A stretch of 64,000 nt of DNA from an uncultured Planctomycetota bacterium (GTDB lineage: Bacteria > Planctomycetota > Planctomycetia > Isosphaerales > Isosphaeraceae), in the NCBI GenBank assembly GCA_963823665.1, contig CAWGMQ010000004.1:2432001-2496000 (forward strand), in the 5' to 3' direction. The notes under the pieces are model-generated. The model made no database searches, was not told the origin of the DNA, and saw only the letters and a program-made list of their open reading frames with translations. The translations under genes and the position numbers were made by a program. Below are positions 12,164 through 22,862 of this stretch, piece by piece. The stretch's first letter is position 1, and each line of letters begins with the position of its first letter.

Positions 12164-14795
12164 ATGGGATGCATGGACCGACAGGGATTGGAAATCCGAT
12201 CGAGCATGGCGCCGACGGTCTTCTCGGCACCGGTTTGGACATGGTTCGAGCAGACGTTTCCGCAGGGTGCGACCCCAGCGCAAGAACTGGCGTGGCCGGC
12301 AATCGCCTCGGCTGAAAATGTGCTCCTGATCGCACCGACGGGAACCGGCAAGACGCTTGCTGCTTTCCTGGCCATACTCGACCGGCTATTCCGGTTTGAG
12401 CTGGAGCAAGCGCTTGCGAGCGGCGTTCGGTGCGTCTACGTGTCGCCGCTGCGCAGCCTCAACTATGACATCGAAAGAAACCTGAGATGGCCGCTGGACG
12501 GGATTTGCCAGCAACTTGGACGCCAAGACTGTCCGGTGCACGTCGGTGTGCGAACGGGTGACACATCGGCCTACACGAGGCGTTTGATGCGCGAGCATCC
12601 GCCTCACATCCTGATCACCACGCCCGAGAGTCTCTCGCTGCTACTCAGCCAGGAAACATGGCGGCCGATGTGGCGCGGCCTCGACCACATCATCATCGAC
12701 GAAATCCACGCACTGGCGCCGACAAAACGAGGTGCGGATCTTGCGGTTTCGCTCGAGCGGCTGGCGTCGTACTGTGCGAGTGATCCGATTCGCATCGGGC
12801 TGTCGGCAACGTGCGCCGCAAGCTGAGAATGTCGCTCGATTTCTGGCTGGCCAATCACGTTCTTGCCGGGTGATCACAGCACCGCCGCCGCCGGGAACAC
12901 CGCCGATCCAGATCGATGTGGAGAGCTTGATCTCAGCCGGCGAGGAACCACACCGCGGTCTGAGCTATCGGCGTTTGCTCAAGTGTCTGCGGCGGTCGAT
13001 CAAGAATAACCGCACGACAGTGATCTTCGCCAACACCCGTGCATTTGCGGAAAAGCTGACGCACGACCTGCGGCAGGAGCCATCGCTCTCATCCTCGCCG
13101 GAACCGGTTGTCGTTGCGCACCACTCGGCGCTGGACGCAAACCGCCGGAGAGAGACTGAATCGGCTCTTCGCGAGGGGAAGATCCGAGCTGTTGTCACGA
13201 GTACAAGCCTCGAGCTCGGCGTCGACATCGGCACCGCGGACCTGACGATTCAGATTGGCTCGCCAGGAGGTGTTGGGCGTTGCGTGCAACGTGTGGGACG
13301 GGCGGGCCATCGCCGGGGCGCTCAATCACGCGGGCTGCTAGTGGCGGCAACGCCTGCGGAGCTAGCCGGCGCAGCGGTCACGGCGCAGGCGGCCCGGGCC
13401 GGGCATGTCGAACCGCTGGGGATGGTCAGGGCGCCCCTCGACGTGCTCTGCCAGCAGTTGATCGGAATGGCGTGCAATGGCGACCAGTGCGCGAACGAGG
13501 CGTTTGACCTGATCCGCAATGCGTTGCCGATGGCCGAGCTCCGTCGAGCCGATTTTGACGATTGCATCGATTTCCTGGCGGGTAAGCTTGACACGCCGGC
13601 CGGAGCCGTCGAAGGGGAGAGTGACGCTCTGCCGCGCTGGACTTCGCCGCGGCTGTGGAGCCGCGATGGGTACTTCGGTCTATGCAGCCAACGCGTTGCG
13701 CAGTGGTTCCGGAACAACGTGGGCACAATCCTTTCTGAAGAGACGGTTCGAGTGATCGAACAGGGTGTCGCGATCGGCACACTCGAGGCCGCGTATGCCG
13801 AGCGTCTGGTTCCAGGCGATCGATTTGTGCTTGACGGCCGCGCTCTGGAATTCCGCCGCCTGGAGCGATCGATACTTTTCGCCCGTTCCACAGCGGGCGA
13901 GCCCGCGCTGCCACGCTGGACGAGCACGCGACAATCCCTCTCGTTCGAGCTGGCCCAAGAGCTTGCTCGCTTTCGGAGCGAAGCTGGGCATTGTCTCCTC
14001 AACGACGGGCCATCTGTCCTTCGTTCGTGGCTTGCCCGGGTCATGCAGCTCGATGAGCATGCGTCGGAGGTGCTCGTCGAGTTGTTCGAGGCGCAAGTGC
14101 AGTGGAGTGAGATTCCTTCGGAAGCGGAACTATTCGTCGAACGCTCACCATTGCCCTCCGGACGGGGTTTGATTTACACGTTTCATGCTCCGTTGCACGG
14201 GGCGGCCTGTGAAGCACTTGGACGTGCTGTGGCTGCACGTCTAGGCCAGCAGATCGGCCGCGACTTGACACTGTGCGTCGCCGACCTGGGCTGGTCAATT
14301 CGGACGGGCGAGGACGATGAGTCTTTGCTCTCGGCCGAGTCGATCCGGTCGCTGCTCTCGATTGAAGGCTTTGCTGATGCTGTGCTGCAAGGGGTCGACC
14401 GTGGCGAGCTGCCGGCGCGTCGGTTTCGGCACGTCGCTTCGACGGCGCTCATGGTCCTGCGAAACCCTGAACCTGGGCGCCGCGTGCGGGTGGGCGGGCT
14501 CAACTGGGTGAGTACGCGGCTCTACCCCATGGTCAAGTCAGCCTGCCCCGACCATCCTCTGCTCCGCGAGACACGCCGCGAGGTGCTCGAAGACGTTCTG
14601 GATGTTCCGGCCGCAACGCGCTGGCTGGCAGAACGACGGGAGATTCGAGTTCGGCACTTGCCGGCGCTCTCGCCGTTTGCCGCGGCGTGGATCGAGCAGG
14701 GTGAAGCTGACATCCTTCGCTTTGAATCACCCGAGGCAGCACTCCGCCGGTTACATGCAAGATTGGTCCACAGCGGTCACGAGGCAATCCGATGA
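12164..14795 (+). CDS. lhr: Lhr-family ATP-dependent DEAD/DEAH helicase (Lhr-core size); frameshift near 12820
   Basis: APTGTGKT Walker A, YVSPLRSL, TTPESL, DEIH and LSAT in 12164-12826. HHSAL, TSLELGVDIG and QRVGRAGH in 12732-14795. Confidence 0.85.
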
Positions 14796-15517
14796 TTGAG
14801 TGCGCGGCTTCGATGGAAACGAAGCTCCCCACCTTCGAAGGCTGGCAATTCACACCCGAAGGAGCTGTTGTTCACCTTGCTGAGCAAACCGCCGTTGTTG
14901 CCGACTTTCACCTGGGATATGAGTGGGCTCGAGGCGCTGCGGGCGACTGTGTCCTTGCCCATTCACTTGGGGAAACACTCGCTCGGCTTTCCACGTTGCT
15001 TGACCGGTGTGGGATGTCGCGATTAATTGTCGCGGGGGACCTGCTCGAATCGGCTCGCCCGTGCCCTCGCACGGCTCGCGACCTGGAATGCCTGAAACGC
15101 TGGCTTGCCGAGCGCGATGTGAGTTTTTTGGTTCTGGAAGGGAACCACGATTTGAGCTTCTCGTCGTCCGCAAGACGGGCACAAACCGCCCCGGACTGCT
15201 TGCCCAGAACGTGTGTGGTTGGAGGCTGGACGATCGGCCATGGCCACCGGCCAATTGTGGGCCGGGCCCGCATCTCCGGTCATCATCATCCTGTACTTCG
15301 CTGGCGGGGGATCACGGCCCCGTGCTTCCTGGCGGGGCCGGGTCAAATCGTGCTGCCTGCGTTTTCAAGAGACGCGGCAGGCTGCAACGTGCTTTCCGCC
15401 GCGCTACCGGAGGAGTGGCTTGCTGGTTCCCTGCGTTGCCTGGTCGTCACCGGTAATGCAGTCCTTGATTTTGGACCGCTCGTGGAACTCCGGCGCAGGC
15501 TGAAGCGGGGGAGTTGA
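14792..15517 (+). CDS. Metallophosphoesterase of the type that accompanies Lhr-core/ligase clusters
   Basis: DFHLG, GD, GNHD, HGH and GHHHP motifs, plus LPAF. Overlaps the helicase stop. Confidence 0.85.
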   Translation: MIECAASMETKLPTFEGWQFTPEGAVVHLAEQTAVVADFHLGYEWARGAAGDCVLAHSLGETLARLSTLLDRCGMSRLIVAGDLLESARPCPRTARDLECLKRWLAERDVSFLVLEGNHDLSFSSSARRAQTAPDCLPRTCVVGGWTIGHGHRPIVGRARISGHHHPVLRWRGITAPCFLAGPGQIVLPAFSRDAAGCNVLSAALPEEWLAGSLRCLVVTGNAVLDFGPLVELRRRLKRGS

Positions 15518-15538
15518 ACTTTCGGTGTCAGAGTTCGC

Positions 15539-16858
15539 TTACTGGCTTCCGCTGCGGGACGTGTCCTGGGCACTCAAGCGATGAAAGTTGGCCAGCCCGG
15601 GCTCTGCGTGCTTGCTGTAGTAGTCAGCGAGCACGCCATGGGTTGGCGCATGGCGTGGATTTGCACGCAGGATCTCCTTGGTCCACTTGAGCCCTTCGTC
15701 CTCGTGCCCGTGTTGCATCATCCATTTCGCGATCTGGAACCGTGTATCAAGGTCGCTCGGGTTTTTGAGGACGGAGTACCGGAGCTGGACGATCTGGTCG
15801 TGCTCTTTGCGCAAACGTGTTGCCTGGGCAAGTTCTGTTTTCGCCTGGTCGGCATTGCCGGCGAGCTTGAGAGCCTGGGCGTACGAGTAGCGAACTTCGT
15901 GGTCGTAAGGCTCGATCGCAGTCAAGAGTTTGAGGCATTCGCACGCTTCCCGAACCCGACCCAGGCGTAGATCGAGCTGCCCGACCTCTTTGAGTGTCTC
16001 GGCGTCGCGTGGATTTGTGTGGAACGCGGTTTCAAAGTACTGGCCGGCGTCTTCGATATTGCCTTGCTGAAAGGCATTACGCCCCAGTCCAAGGAAGCGC
16101 CGTGGTGTCTTTCGGCCGGCACTTGAGATACGCTTCGAATTCTTCCCTGGCTTCGTCGAACGGCGGTCCTTGCTGAGTGCCTGCGCCAGGCCCAAACGGG
16201 CCTTATCAAGATTCGGATCGCGATCGAGTGCGGCCCGATAGTTCTGGATCAAGACCGCGGTTTCGGCGCTCGACCGCGAGGCGATCTCATTGCTCCAGAG
16301 GCAGGGCTCCGGATCCTGCGGCGCGAGTGCTCGCCAACGCTCGATCGCCCTGGCGGCTCGATCCATCCGGTACGACATCAGGTAGATCTTCGCCAGCTCC
16401 TTGGCAACCATCTCGCGCGGATCGGTCTGCTCGAGAAATGCGCGTTCGAGAACGGGCTCGGCCTGGCTGAACCGGTCTGCCCGAGCATGATAGATGGCGG
16501 TCAGGCAATCGAGGCGGCCCTGGTCAAAGCCCATTTTTCGGGCCCGATCGATGGCCTCGACGGCCTCTTTGGGCTTGTTCTGCGCGAGTGCATCCCACGC
16601 CTGGTAATATTGAGCTTCGCCCGAACCGGGCTGCTCTTTCAGCCAGTGCTTAAGCTCCAGCCGCGAGGTCTCGTACCGACCGGCGGCGAAGGAGTCCCTC
16701 ACCTGGCTACCGAGGCGGAATGTTCGATATTGACCGATGGCAACAAAAGTGCCGGCCGCCGCAGCCAGGATCGTGATGATGATCGCGATCCAGAATCGGA
16801 CGGTCTTGCGGCTCTGCCGCGCTTGCCCAGACTTCGGATGTGTTGACAAGGATTCCAT
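15539..16858 (-). CDS. Membrane-anchored tetratricopeptide-repeat protein
   Basis: N-terminal TM segment and repeated A..ALxxDP TPR-like helices. A short out-of-frame stretch near 16100-16160 looks like two compensating indels. Confidence 0.8.
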   Translation of the reverse strand: MESLSTHPKSGQARQSRKTVRFWIAIIITILAAAAGTFVAIGQYRTFRLGSQVRDSFAAGRYETSRLELKHWLKEQPGSGEAQYYQAWDALAQNKPKEAVEAIDRARKMGFDQGRLDCLTAIYHARADRFSQAEPVLERAFLEQTDPREMVAKELAKIYLMSYRMDRAARAIERWRALAPQDPEPCLWSNEIASRSSAETAVLIQNYRAALDRDPNLDKARLGLAQALSKDRRSTKPGKNSKRISSAGRKTPRRFLGLGRNAFQQGNIEDAGQYFETAFHTNPRDAETLKEVGQLDLRLGRVREACECLKLLTAIEPYDHEVRYSYAQALKLAGNADQAKTELAQATRLRKEHDQIVQLRYSVLKNPSDLDTRFQIAKWMMQHGHEDEGLKWTKEILRANPRHAPTHGVLADYYSKHAEPGLANFHRLSAQDTSRSGSQ

Positions 16859-16864
16859 GGCATC

Positions 16865-18734
16865 TCACTCAGGAGCGCGGTGCACGCGGATGTGATGGTC
16901 GGTGAAGTGCGACTTGCGCAACGGTTCCTCAACCTGGGGCATGTGGCAGGCAATACACTTCTCCTTTGCATTGACTGGACAGACCCGTTCGTGGCCAGAT
17001 GCTTCTTGCACGGGGTTGCTCGCCGGCTTGCGGCTGTGGCAGCTCAGGCATTTTGCTTCGTAATGTGAGATCGTTGTGTCCAGGGCGCGGTGTGGGTCGT
17101 GGCAGGTGGTACAGCCAATTCGGTCTTTGCCAGCGATGAAACAGCGGCTGAAGAGGAAGGTCGTTCCCTGAGCACGGGTGAACTCCGGGTCGCTCGGCTC
17201 GATCGACCCGTCAGCGGCATGGCACTCGACACACGACTTGAGCCGCTGCTGCGAAGGGGTTTTTGCCGAAAGTACGATGGCCAGCTCCGCGAAGCCGGAT
17301 TCGGCTGATTTCACATGGTTTTTCCCTGGTCCATGACATCGCTCGCAGCCAATGCCGTGGTCATCACGCTTCCGGACCGCGGGCCTGCGAGCGAGTCAGG
17401 CGCCACGGAACGAAACCAGGTGGTATGACAGGAAAGACAACGGTCGAGCGTTTTTCGACCCAGCCCCATGCCGATGTGGTCACCGGCGTCACGGGGGGCG
17501 AAGTCGATGCCCTTGGTTGGCCCCCAGCTCTGGTCCAGGCCGAAGTACGACACGCGTAGCTCGCGATCGATGCCCGCTGTCGTCCCGGGCGAGCATGGTG
17601 ATCCCGTGCCGGCCGGACCCGACGGCATACAGCACAACGGCGCGGAAGAGGCGGTCTGCGTCGCGAGTCTCGAGCTCGATGCGGTCATCGCTCTTTCTGG
17701 AGAACGCGTGCGTGATGCTCGGGATTACCGGGTCAGGGACGGGCTTTTCCGGCAGGGGAACTTGCTTGAGGCCCGCACCGAATCGCAACGTCTGCGCGTG
17801 GCGGCTTTCCTGCTGTTGCTCGCGTGCGATCCGCGGATGGCACTAGCCGCAGCGACGCGAGCCCACGAACGGCGCCGGTTCAGGAAGGGCGGCTTCGGTC
17901 ATGCCAAAATCGCCGGCAAGTGCAAGCAGCTCGTCGGCACGCTCGTGCAGATCGAGCTGGAGCGCGGCCCGGCTCAAGAGCCACGCGGCCTCGCGATCAA
18001 TCGGCGCCGTTTGCGAAGCCGAGTGCTCGGTGCCAGCCGGTTCGATCAAAGGGTCAAGAAGCTGCACGGCCTCGGGCGTTCGACCAGTTTCCATCAAAAG
18101 ACGGGCAGTCAGCTTGATGGCGCCGGCGGTCGTCTTCACCCTGCGGAGCCCGGAGCGATCACGACTCCCTAGCCGGTCGAAGAACTCATCCTCCTGGGTA
18201 GTGTCGCTGGAATAACGAGCGAGGCCCAAGGCAAAAAGACCCAGGGATGCGCCGCTGCCGATTGATCGCAGCAGCTCGCATCGGCCAGCGGCCTCGTGCA
18301 GTGCGGAACGCTCGCTGCCGGTGGCCAATGTGATCCTGCGCCTCGAGCGAATCAAGAGCTGGAGCCGCGAGCGCGTGCTTGGGGTCGATTCGCCGCGCGG
18401 CCTCGAGCGCCGCCCATGCCAGAACCAGACGCTTGCGCTCGAGGAGTGCCGAACCTAGCTTGTAACAATCATCGGCGTGCCACTGGGCCTCGGGGATTAA
18501 ACGATAAAACGCAAACGCGCGGTCGAAACGGCCGGTCTCGATGGCCTCGAGTGCGAGGCTCCGTCTGCCGGCAAGCCGGTCCGTAGGCCGACTTCCGGCA
18601 CGCTGGCCAGTGCGGGAACCGTGGCCAAACCACGCTCTACTGACCCATGCCAACGCGGCAGCCCAGGCGAGCAAAACGACGAGGCAGACGATCAAACGGA
18701 TTCGCACGCTCAAACCAGCCAGGTGGTTCATCAT
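16865..18734 (-). CDS. TPR-linked multiheme c-type cytochrome, split by indels
   Basis: Fragments 18186-18743, 17843-18355, 17489-17788, 17311-17688 and 16865-17314. CxxCH motifs: CLSCH, GCERCH (off-frame), CVECH, CTTCH, CLSCH, CIACH, plus a broken GSRRCG.CH. Ends in FTDHHIRV. Confidence 0.75.
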
Positions 18735-19030
18735 GACGAACATTGTAGTGCAAATTCACCCGAACCAGCCAGAACGGCCAAGGGCTTGCACTCGGTGATC
18801 AAGAATTCCGCGCACTAAAAAAGCGAGACCTCCACCACAACACAGGAACGCGTTCTACGGTTGGACTAATTGGTGAAGCCCGCACTCGTGCTGCGCGGTC
18901 ATCGGGGGGCGCAGCGCGCATTTCAGGAAAAGGCTGCCATCTCGCCCAACAAGGGTTTTTTGCTCAGGCGGCGCGTGCTGGTTGCGACCTACACGTGACG
19001 TTGCGGGGCGAAGCCACTCCAAGGATACGC

Positions 19031-19147
19031 ATGAGACGCTGGTCGATTCGAGGATACATGCTCGCCGTGGGTTACACCGCCGCAGTGTTGCGGATCGGCG
19101 AGATCCTGCTCACTTTCTTCACGTCGCACAGTTTCGGAGGACACTAA
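19031..19147 (+). CDS. Putative 38-aa small hydrophobic protein
   Basis: Manual translation MRRWSIRGYMLAVGYTAAVLRIGEILLTFFTSHSFGGH*. Preceded by aagga; stops just before the next ATG (19149). Confidence 0.4.
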   Translation: MRRWSIRGYMLAVGYTAAVLRIGEILLTFFTSHSFGGH

Positions 19148-19148
19148 A

Positions 19149-20696
19149 ATGCGCCGCAAGGGCGGAGGGCGGAGGGCAAAGGGCGGACGAAGGGTGTGGA
19201 AATGGGCGGGGAAGTGGTTTTACTTCGGTCCTGAGTCCTCCGTCGTCCGTCCCCGGCTTGGATTCACTCTGATCGAACTGCTTGTCGTGATCACGATCAT
19301 TGTGCTTGTGAGCGCCGTGGCGTTGCCCGTCGTCTTGCCAGCACTTGCCCACCGCTCAGTCAGCGAGGCCGCACGCCTCGTTCAAGCCAGCCTGGCCGGC
19401 GCCCGCGACTCTGCCCTGGACGCGAGCGCTCCAAGCGGGATCCGCCTGCTACCCGACCCAGCTTTTCCGCTGGTTTATCTCGCGAATGGTCAGATCGATC
19501 CGACCCAGCCGCTGGCTGCAAACCGCATCATCCCCATCGAATCGGCGCCCGAATACACCGAGGGCCAGGTGTCGGTTGTGATGCCGAATGCTCTCGACAC
19601 GACAACGAACGCGTACAGTCTGAGCATTCCGTATCCGCAATCAAACGGAGGTGGGTATTACCCCTCAGGTGCCTATAGTGGCGCGGCCGGGTCGAACGCG
19701 ACGGCGGGCAATGTGCTCATGATCAAGGAAGTCGTGGTCGCGAACAACTCGCTCAACGAGCCAACCTCCTGGTTCTGGAACATCCGTCTGGGCGACAAGC
19801 TTCAGTTGAACGGCTCCGGGATCTGGTACACGGTTGTCGGGCCGATGGTGATGACGCCGCAGCAGGGGAATACCGAGCTGTTCGTGAACGTGGGGCCGGC
19901 GGGAAGCCAGTCGCCGCTTTCCGACACCCAATTGGGCACCATCGTCTACCCCGAGTTCCTGTTCCTGGTGAACGGACTCGACGACAACAAGAACGGCTGG
20001 ATCGACGAGGGCTTTGACGGAGTCGACAACAACCTCAACTTCGAGGTCGCAGCGGGTGTGACACAACTGGCCGATGAGCTGGCCGAATGGGAGGCCGAGG
20101 CCTGGCCGGCCGCTTATCTGACTAATCCGCCCACCAACGTCTCCTACACAATCGCGCGACGCCCGGCGCCTGCCGCCAATTCTCGTGAGGTTTCTTTGCC
20201 TACCAACGTTGTAATCGACATGACAACCTGGGCCAACGCATACCAGGAGCGTTCGCAGCTCCCGCCCGGGGTAATCAATCCGTTCACGGGATACGTCGAC
20301 ATCCTGCTCTACCCGAACGGGACGGTCGTTCCCACCACGATCTATTCCACCCCATCGTCGTTCGCGATGACGGGTGCATTCTTTCATCTCTGGCTGGCGG
20401 AGCGCAGCGACGTCGCCGCGATCAGGGTCGACCAAAACGGCAACGCAGTACCCCAGGTTCCCGGCCAGCCGGTGTTCCTGCCGGTCGGGACCATCAAGCA
20501 GCAGCTCATTCAGCCGGCGAGCCCGTACACCGGGCAATCCCTGAAGGGCGAGTACCGGATCGTGACGCTCTTCACTCGCAGCGGCCAGATCACCACGAGC
20601 GATGACGTTTCGTTCGACAATCCGGTGAACCCCGCCAACGGGTCGACCTACAATCCGGGACTTCCATTCCTGGGGGTCGAACAGGGCGGTCGGTGA
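19149..20696 (+). CDS. Prepilin-type N-terminal cleavage/methylation domain protein (large pseudopilin-like)
   Basis: LG/FTLIELLVVITII class III signal followed by a helical segment, and an acidic DDNKNGWIDEGFDGVDNN motif. Confidence 0.85.
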   Translation: MRRKGGGRRAKGGRRVWKWAGKWFYFGPESSVVRPRLGFTLIELLVVITIIVLVSAVALPVVLPALAHRSVSEAARLVQASLAGARDSALDASAPSGIRLLPDPAFPLVYLANGQIDPTQPLAANRIIPIESAPEYTEGQVSVVMPNALDTTTNAYSLSIPYPQSNGGGYYPSGAYSGAAGSNATAGNVLMIKEVVVANNSLNEPTSWFWNIRLGDKLQLNGSGIWYTVVGPMVMTPQQGNTELFVNVGPAGSQSPLSDTQLGTIVYPEFLFLVNGLDDNKNGWIDEGFDGVDNNLNFEVAAGVTQLADELAEWEAEAWPAAYLTNPPTNVSYTIARRPAPAANSREVSLPTNVVIDMTTWANAYQERSQLPPGVINPFTGYVDILLYPNGTVVPTTIYSTPSSFAMTGAFFHLWLAERSDVAAIRVDQNGNAVPQVPGQPVFLPVGTIKQQLIQPASPYTGQSLKGEYRIVTLFTRSGQITTSDDVSFDNPVNPANGSTYNPGLPFLGVEQGGR

Positions 20697-20724
20697 GCGG
20701 GAACGCCGAGCGGCGGGAGTGACG

Positions 20725-20771
20725 AAAAAAGGCGGCGTCTCTCTGGTTGAGGGAGACGCCGCCGGGTTTTT
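20725..20771. terminator. Bidirectional intrinsic terminator
   Basis: aaaaaa-ggcggcgtctc...gagacgccgcc-gggttttt between convergent genes. Confidence 0.8.
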
Positions 20772-20802
20772 GGGCGGTTACGGATGACGATTGTCGATCC
20801 CG

Positions 20803-22372
20803 TCAATTGCAGGAGAAGCGGGTGGGAACGACAACGGGAACCAGCGTCGTGCGCTGAACGGCGATCTGGCGAGGCACGAGCCGGGCGACGGACCGGTTGA
20901 AAGTGACCGGAACCTGCTCGGGAACGGAGACAGCGACCTGACGGGAAGCGGTCTCGGCAACCATGCGGCATGTCGTCACGGGAACGCGCTCGACGTGCTG
21001 TTCGGAGACGTACTGGCAGGTCGTGACTGGAATGGTCTCGACCCGTTCCTCGGCGACATATCGGCAGGTGCGCACCTCATATGGTTCAACGTGCTCTTCG
21101 GCGACGTACTGGCAGGTGGTCACCGGCACGGTCTCAACTCGCTCCTCGGCAACCATCTCGCACTTGCGCACTTCGATGGGCTCGACGTGCTCTTCGGCGA
21201 CGTACTGGCAGGTTGTCACGGGGATCGATTCGACTCGTTCCTCGGGCACGTACCGGCAGGTGCGCACCTCGTAGGGCTCGGCACGCACTTCGGCGACGTA
21301 CTGGCAGGTTGTCACGGGGATCGATTCGACGCGTTCTTCGGCGACGTAGCGGCACGTGGTGACGGGGACCTGGCGGACCATTGTTTCGCGCACGTACCGG
21401 GTTTCCGTCACGTCTCGGACCACCGGTCGAGAGACGAAGACCCGCTCCCGTACCATTCGAGGCGGGCATTGAACGGCGATCGTCTCCGTTACCTTGCGCT
21501 TGTGGAAGCAACTAAAAAGCCCGCATGAATTGCAAGACGTCTCGACCACTGGAACGCGCACCCGGCGTTCGACAACCGGTCCGGGAGCCATTGTATATTG
21601 GCGCGTGTAATAGCCGCACTCCCGCACTTCCTGGCGGACCGTGGTCACCGGCCGGCAGACCGAGTAACGTCTGATCCACCATGGAGGTCTCGTAGACCGG
21701 CTTCATCACGCGATAGCGGCGTTCCTGGTTGACCGTTTGATAGACAGGCTTCATCACCGTGTAGCGCCGCTCGCGGGCTTCGGTTTGATAAACGGCCTTC
21801 ATGACAGTGTAGCGGCGTTCCTGGTTGACGGTTTGATAGACGGGCCGGCGCACGGTGTAGCGCCGCTCCTGGTGCTCGGTGCGAATCACCGGCCGGTAGA
21901 CTTGATACCGCCGCTCGTGATTCACGGTCTGATAGACCGGTTTGGTCACGGTATAGCGGCGCTCGCGGCGCTCGGTCTCATAAACCGGCTTCGAAACCGT
22001 GTAGCGCCGTTCCTGATTCACGGTCTGGTAGACCGGCTTGGTGACGGTGTAAGGCCGCTCGACGTATGAGGTCTCACTGACCGGGCGCATGACGGTGTAT
22101 TCTTCATTCCGATACTCCAGGCGAAAGCGGGTCTCCATGACGGTGACCGGCTCGCTCATATAGACCGTCTCGTAAACGGTCTGGTAGACCGTCTCGACGC
22201 GCGGCGCCAGGCATGCGACTTCAAACTGGGTCGCGATCACGGGAGCGGGAGTGCAGCTATGGCACGCACCCCCGCCATAAGTAGCCCAGGCCGGCGCGGT
22301 AAGACCGCCCCAGAGAAAGAGCGCAACGATCGCCGTGGCGATCGTTCGCTCGACTTTCTTGGCTTTTGACAT
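20803..22372 (-). CDS. YTV-repeat planctomycete envelope/structural protein; frameshift near 21665
   Basis: Signal peptide, 16-aa RRYTVxKPVYQT repeats, then 16-aa VPVTTCxYVAEE repeats. A gaggag RBS precedes ATG 22372. Confidence 0.85.
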
Positions 22373-22862
22373 TCGTAACTCCTCGGCGGATTCTCTCTTC
22401 GTCCCTGTCGTGATTCGCCAATCGTTGATCAACACGCCCCGGAGGAGTGCGCTGTCTCGTCCTTGAGGTCGCCTCCTGTCGAACAGGGTTTGAAAAGCTC
22501 AGCTAGAAATTCAAGAAACACCGGCCCGACAGCCGAAAACAACAAGTTGCGGGCTCAACCGATGAAGCGTCATCGTGAGTATATCACCGGCAAACTTGCA
22601 ATTTCGGGGCACAAAGAAGATTTACTGATCCCCGAGTTCGTCTTGTGCCGATAACGACGAGTTAACCGTCACGGACCGGCCACAGAATGGCAGAGCAAGC
22701 CGCGCGCCGTGCCTGAATGCGCATTTCGATGCGCTGGCAAGTGCCAGGATACTGGTGGCCAGATTCAGCCGACTGCCGTGGAGGCGCTTCAGGTTAGGCG
22801 CTTCGCGCACACCTTGAAGGCCCGGACCCAGGCGAAGGTGCCCAGACGAGAGGCCCTGTAAT

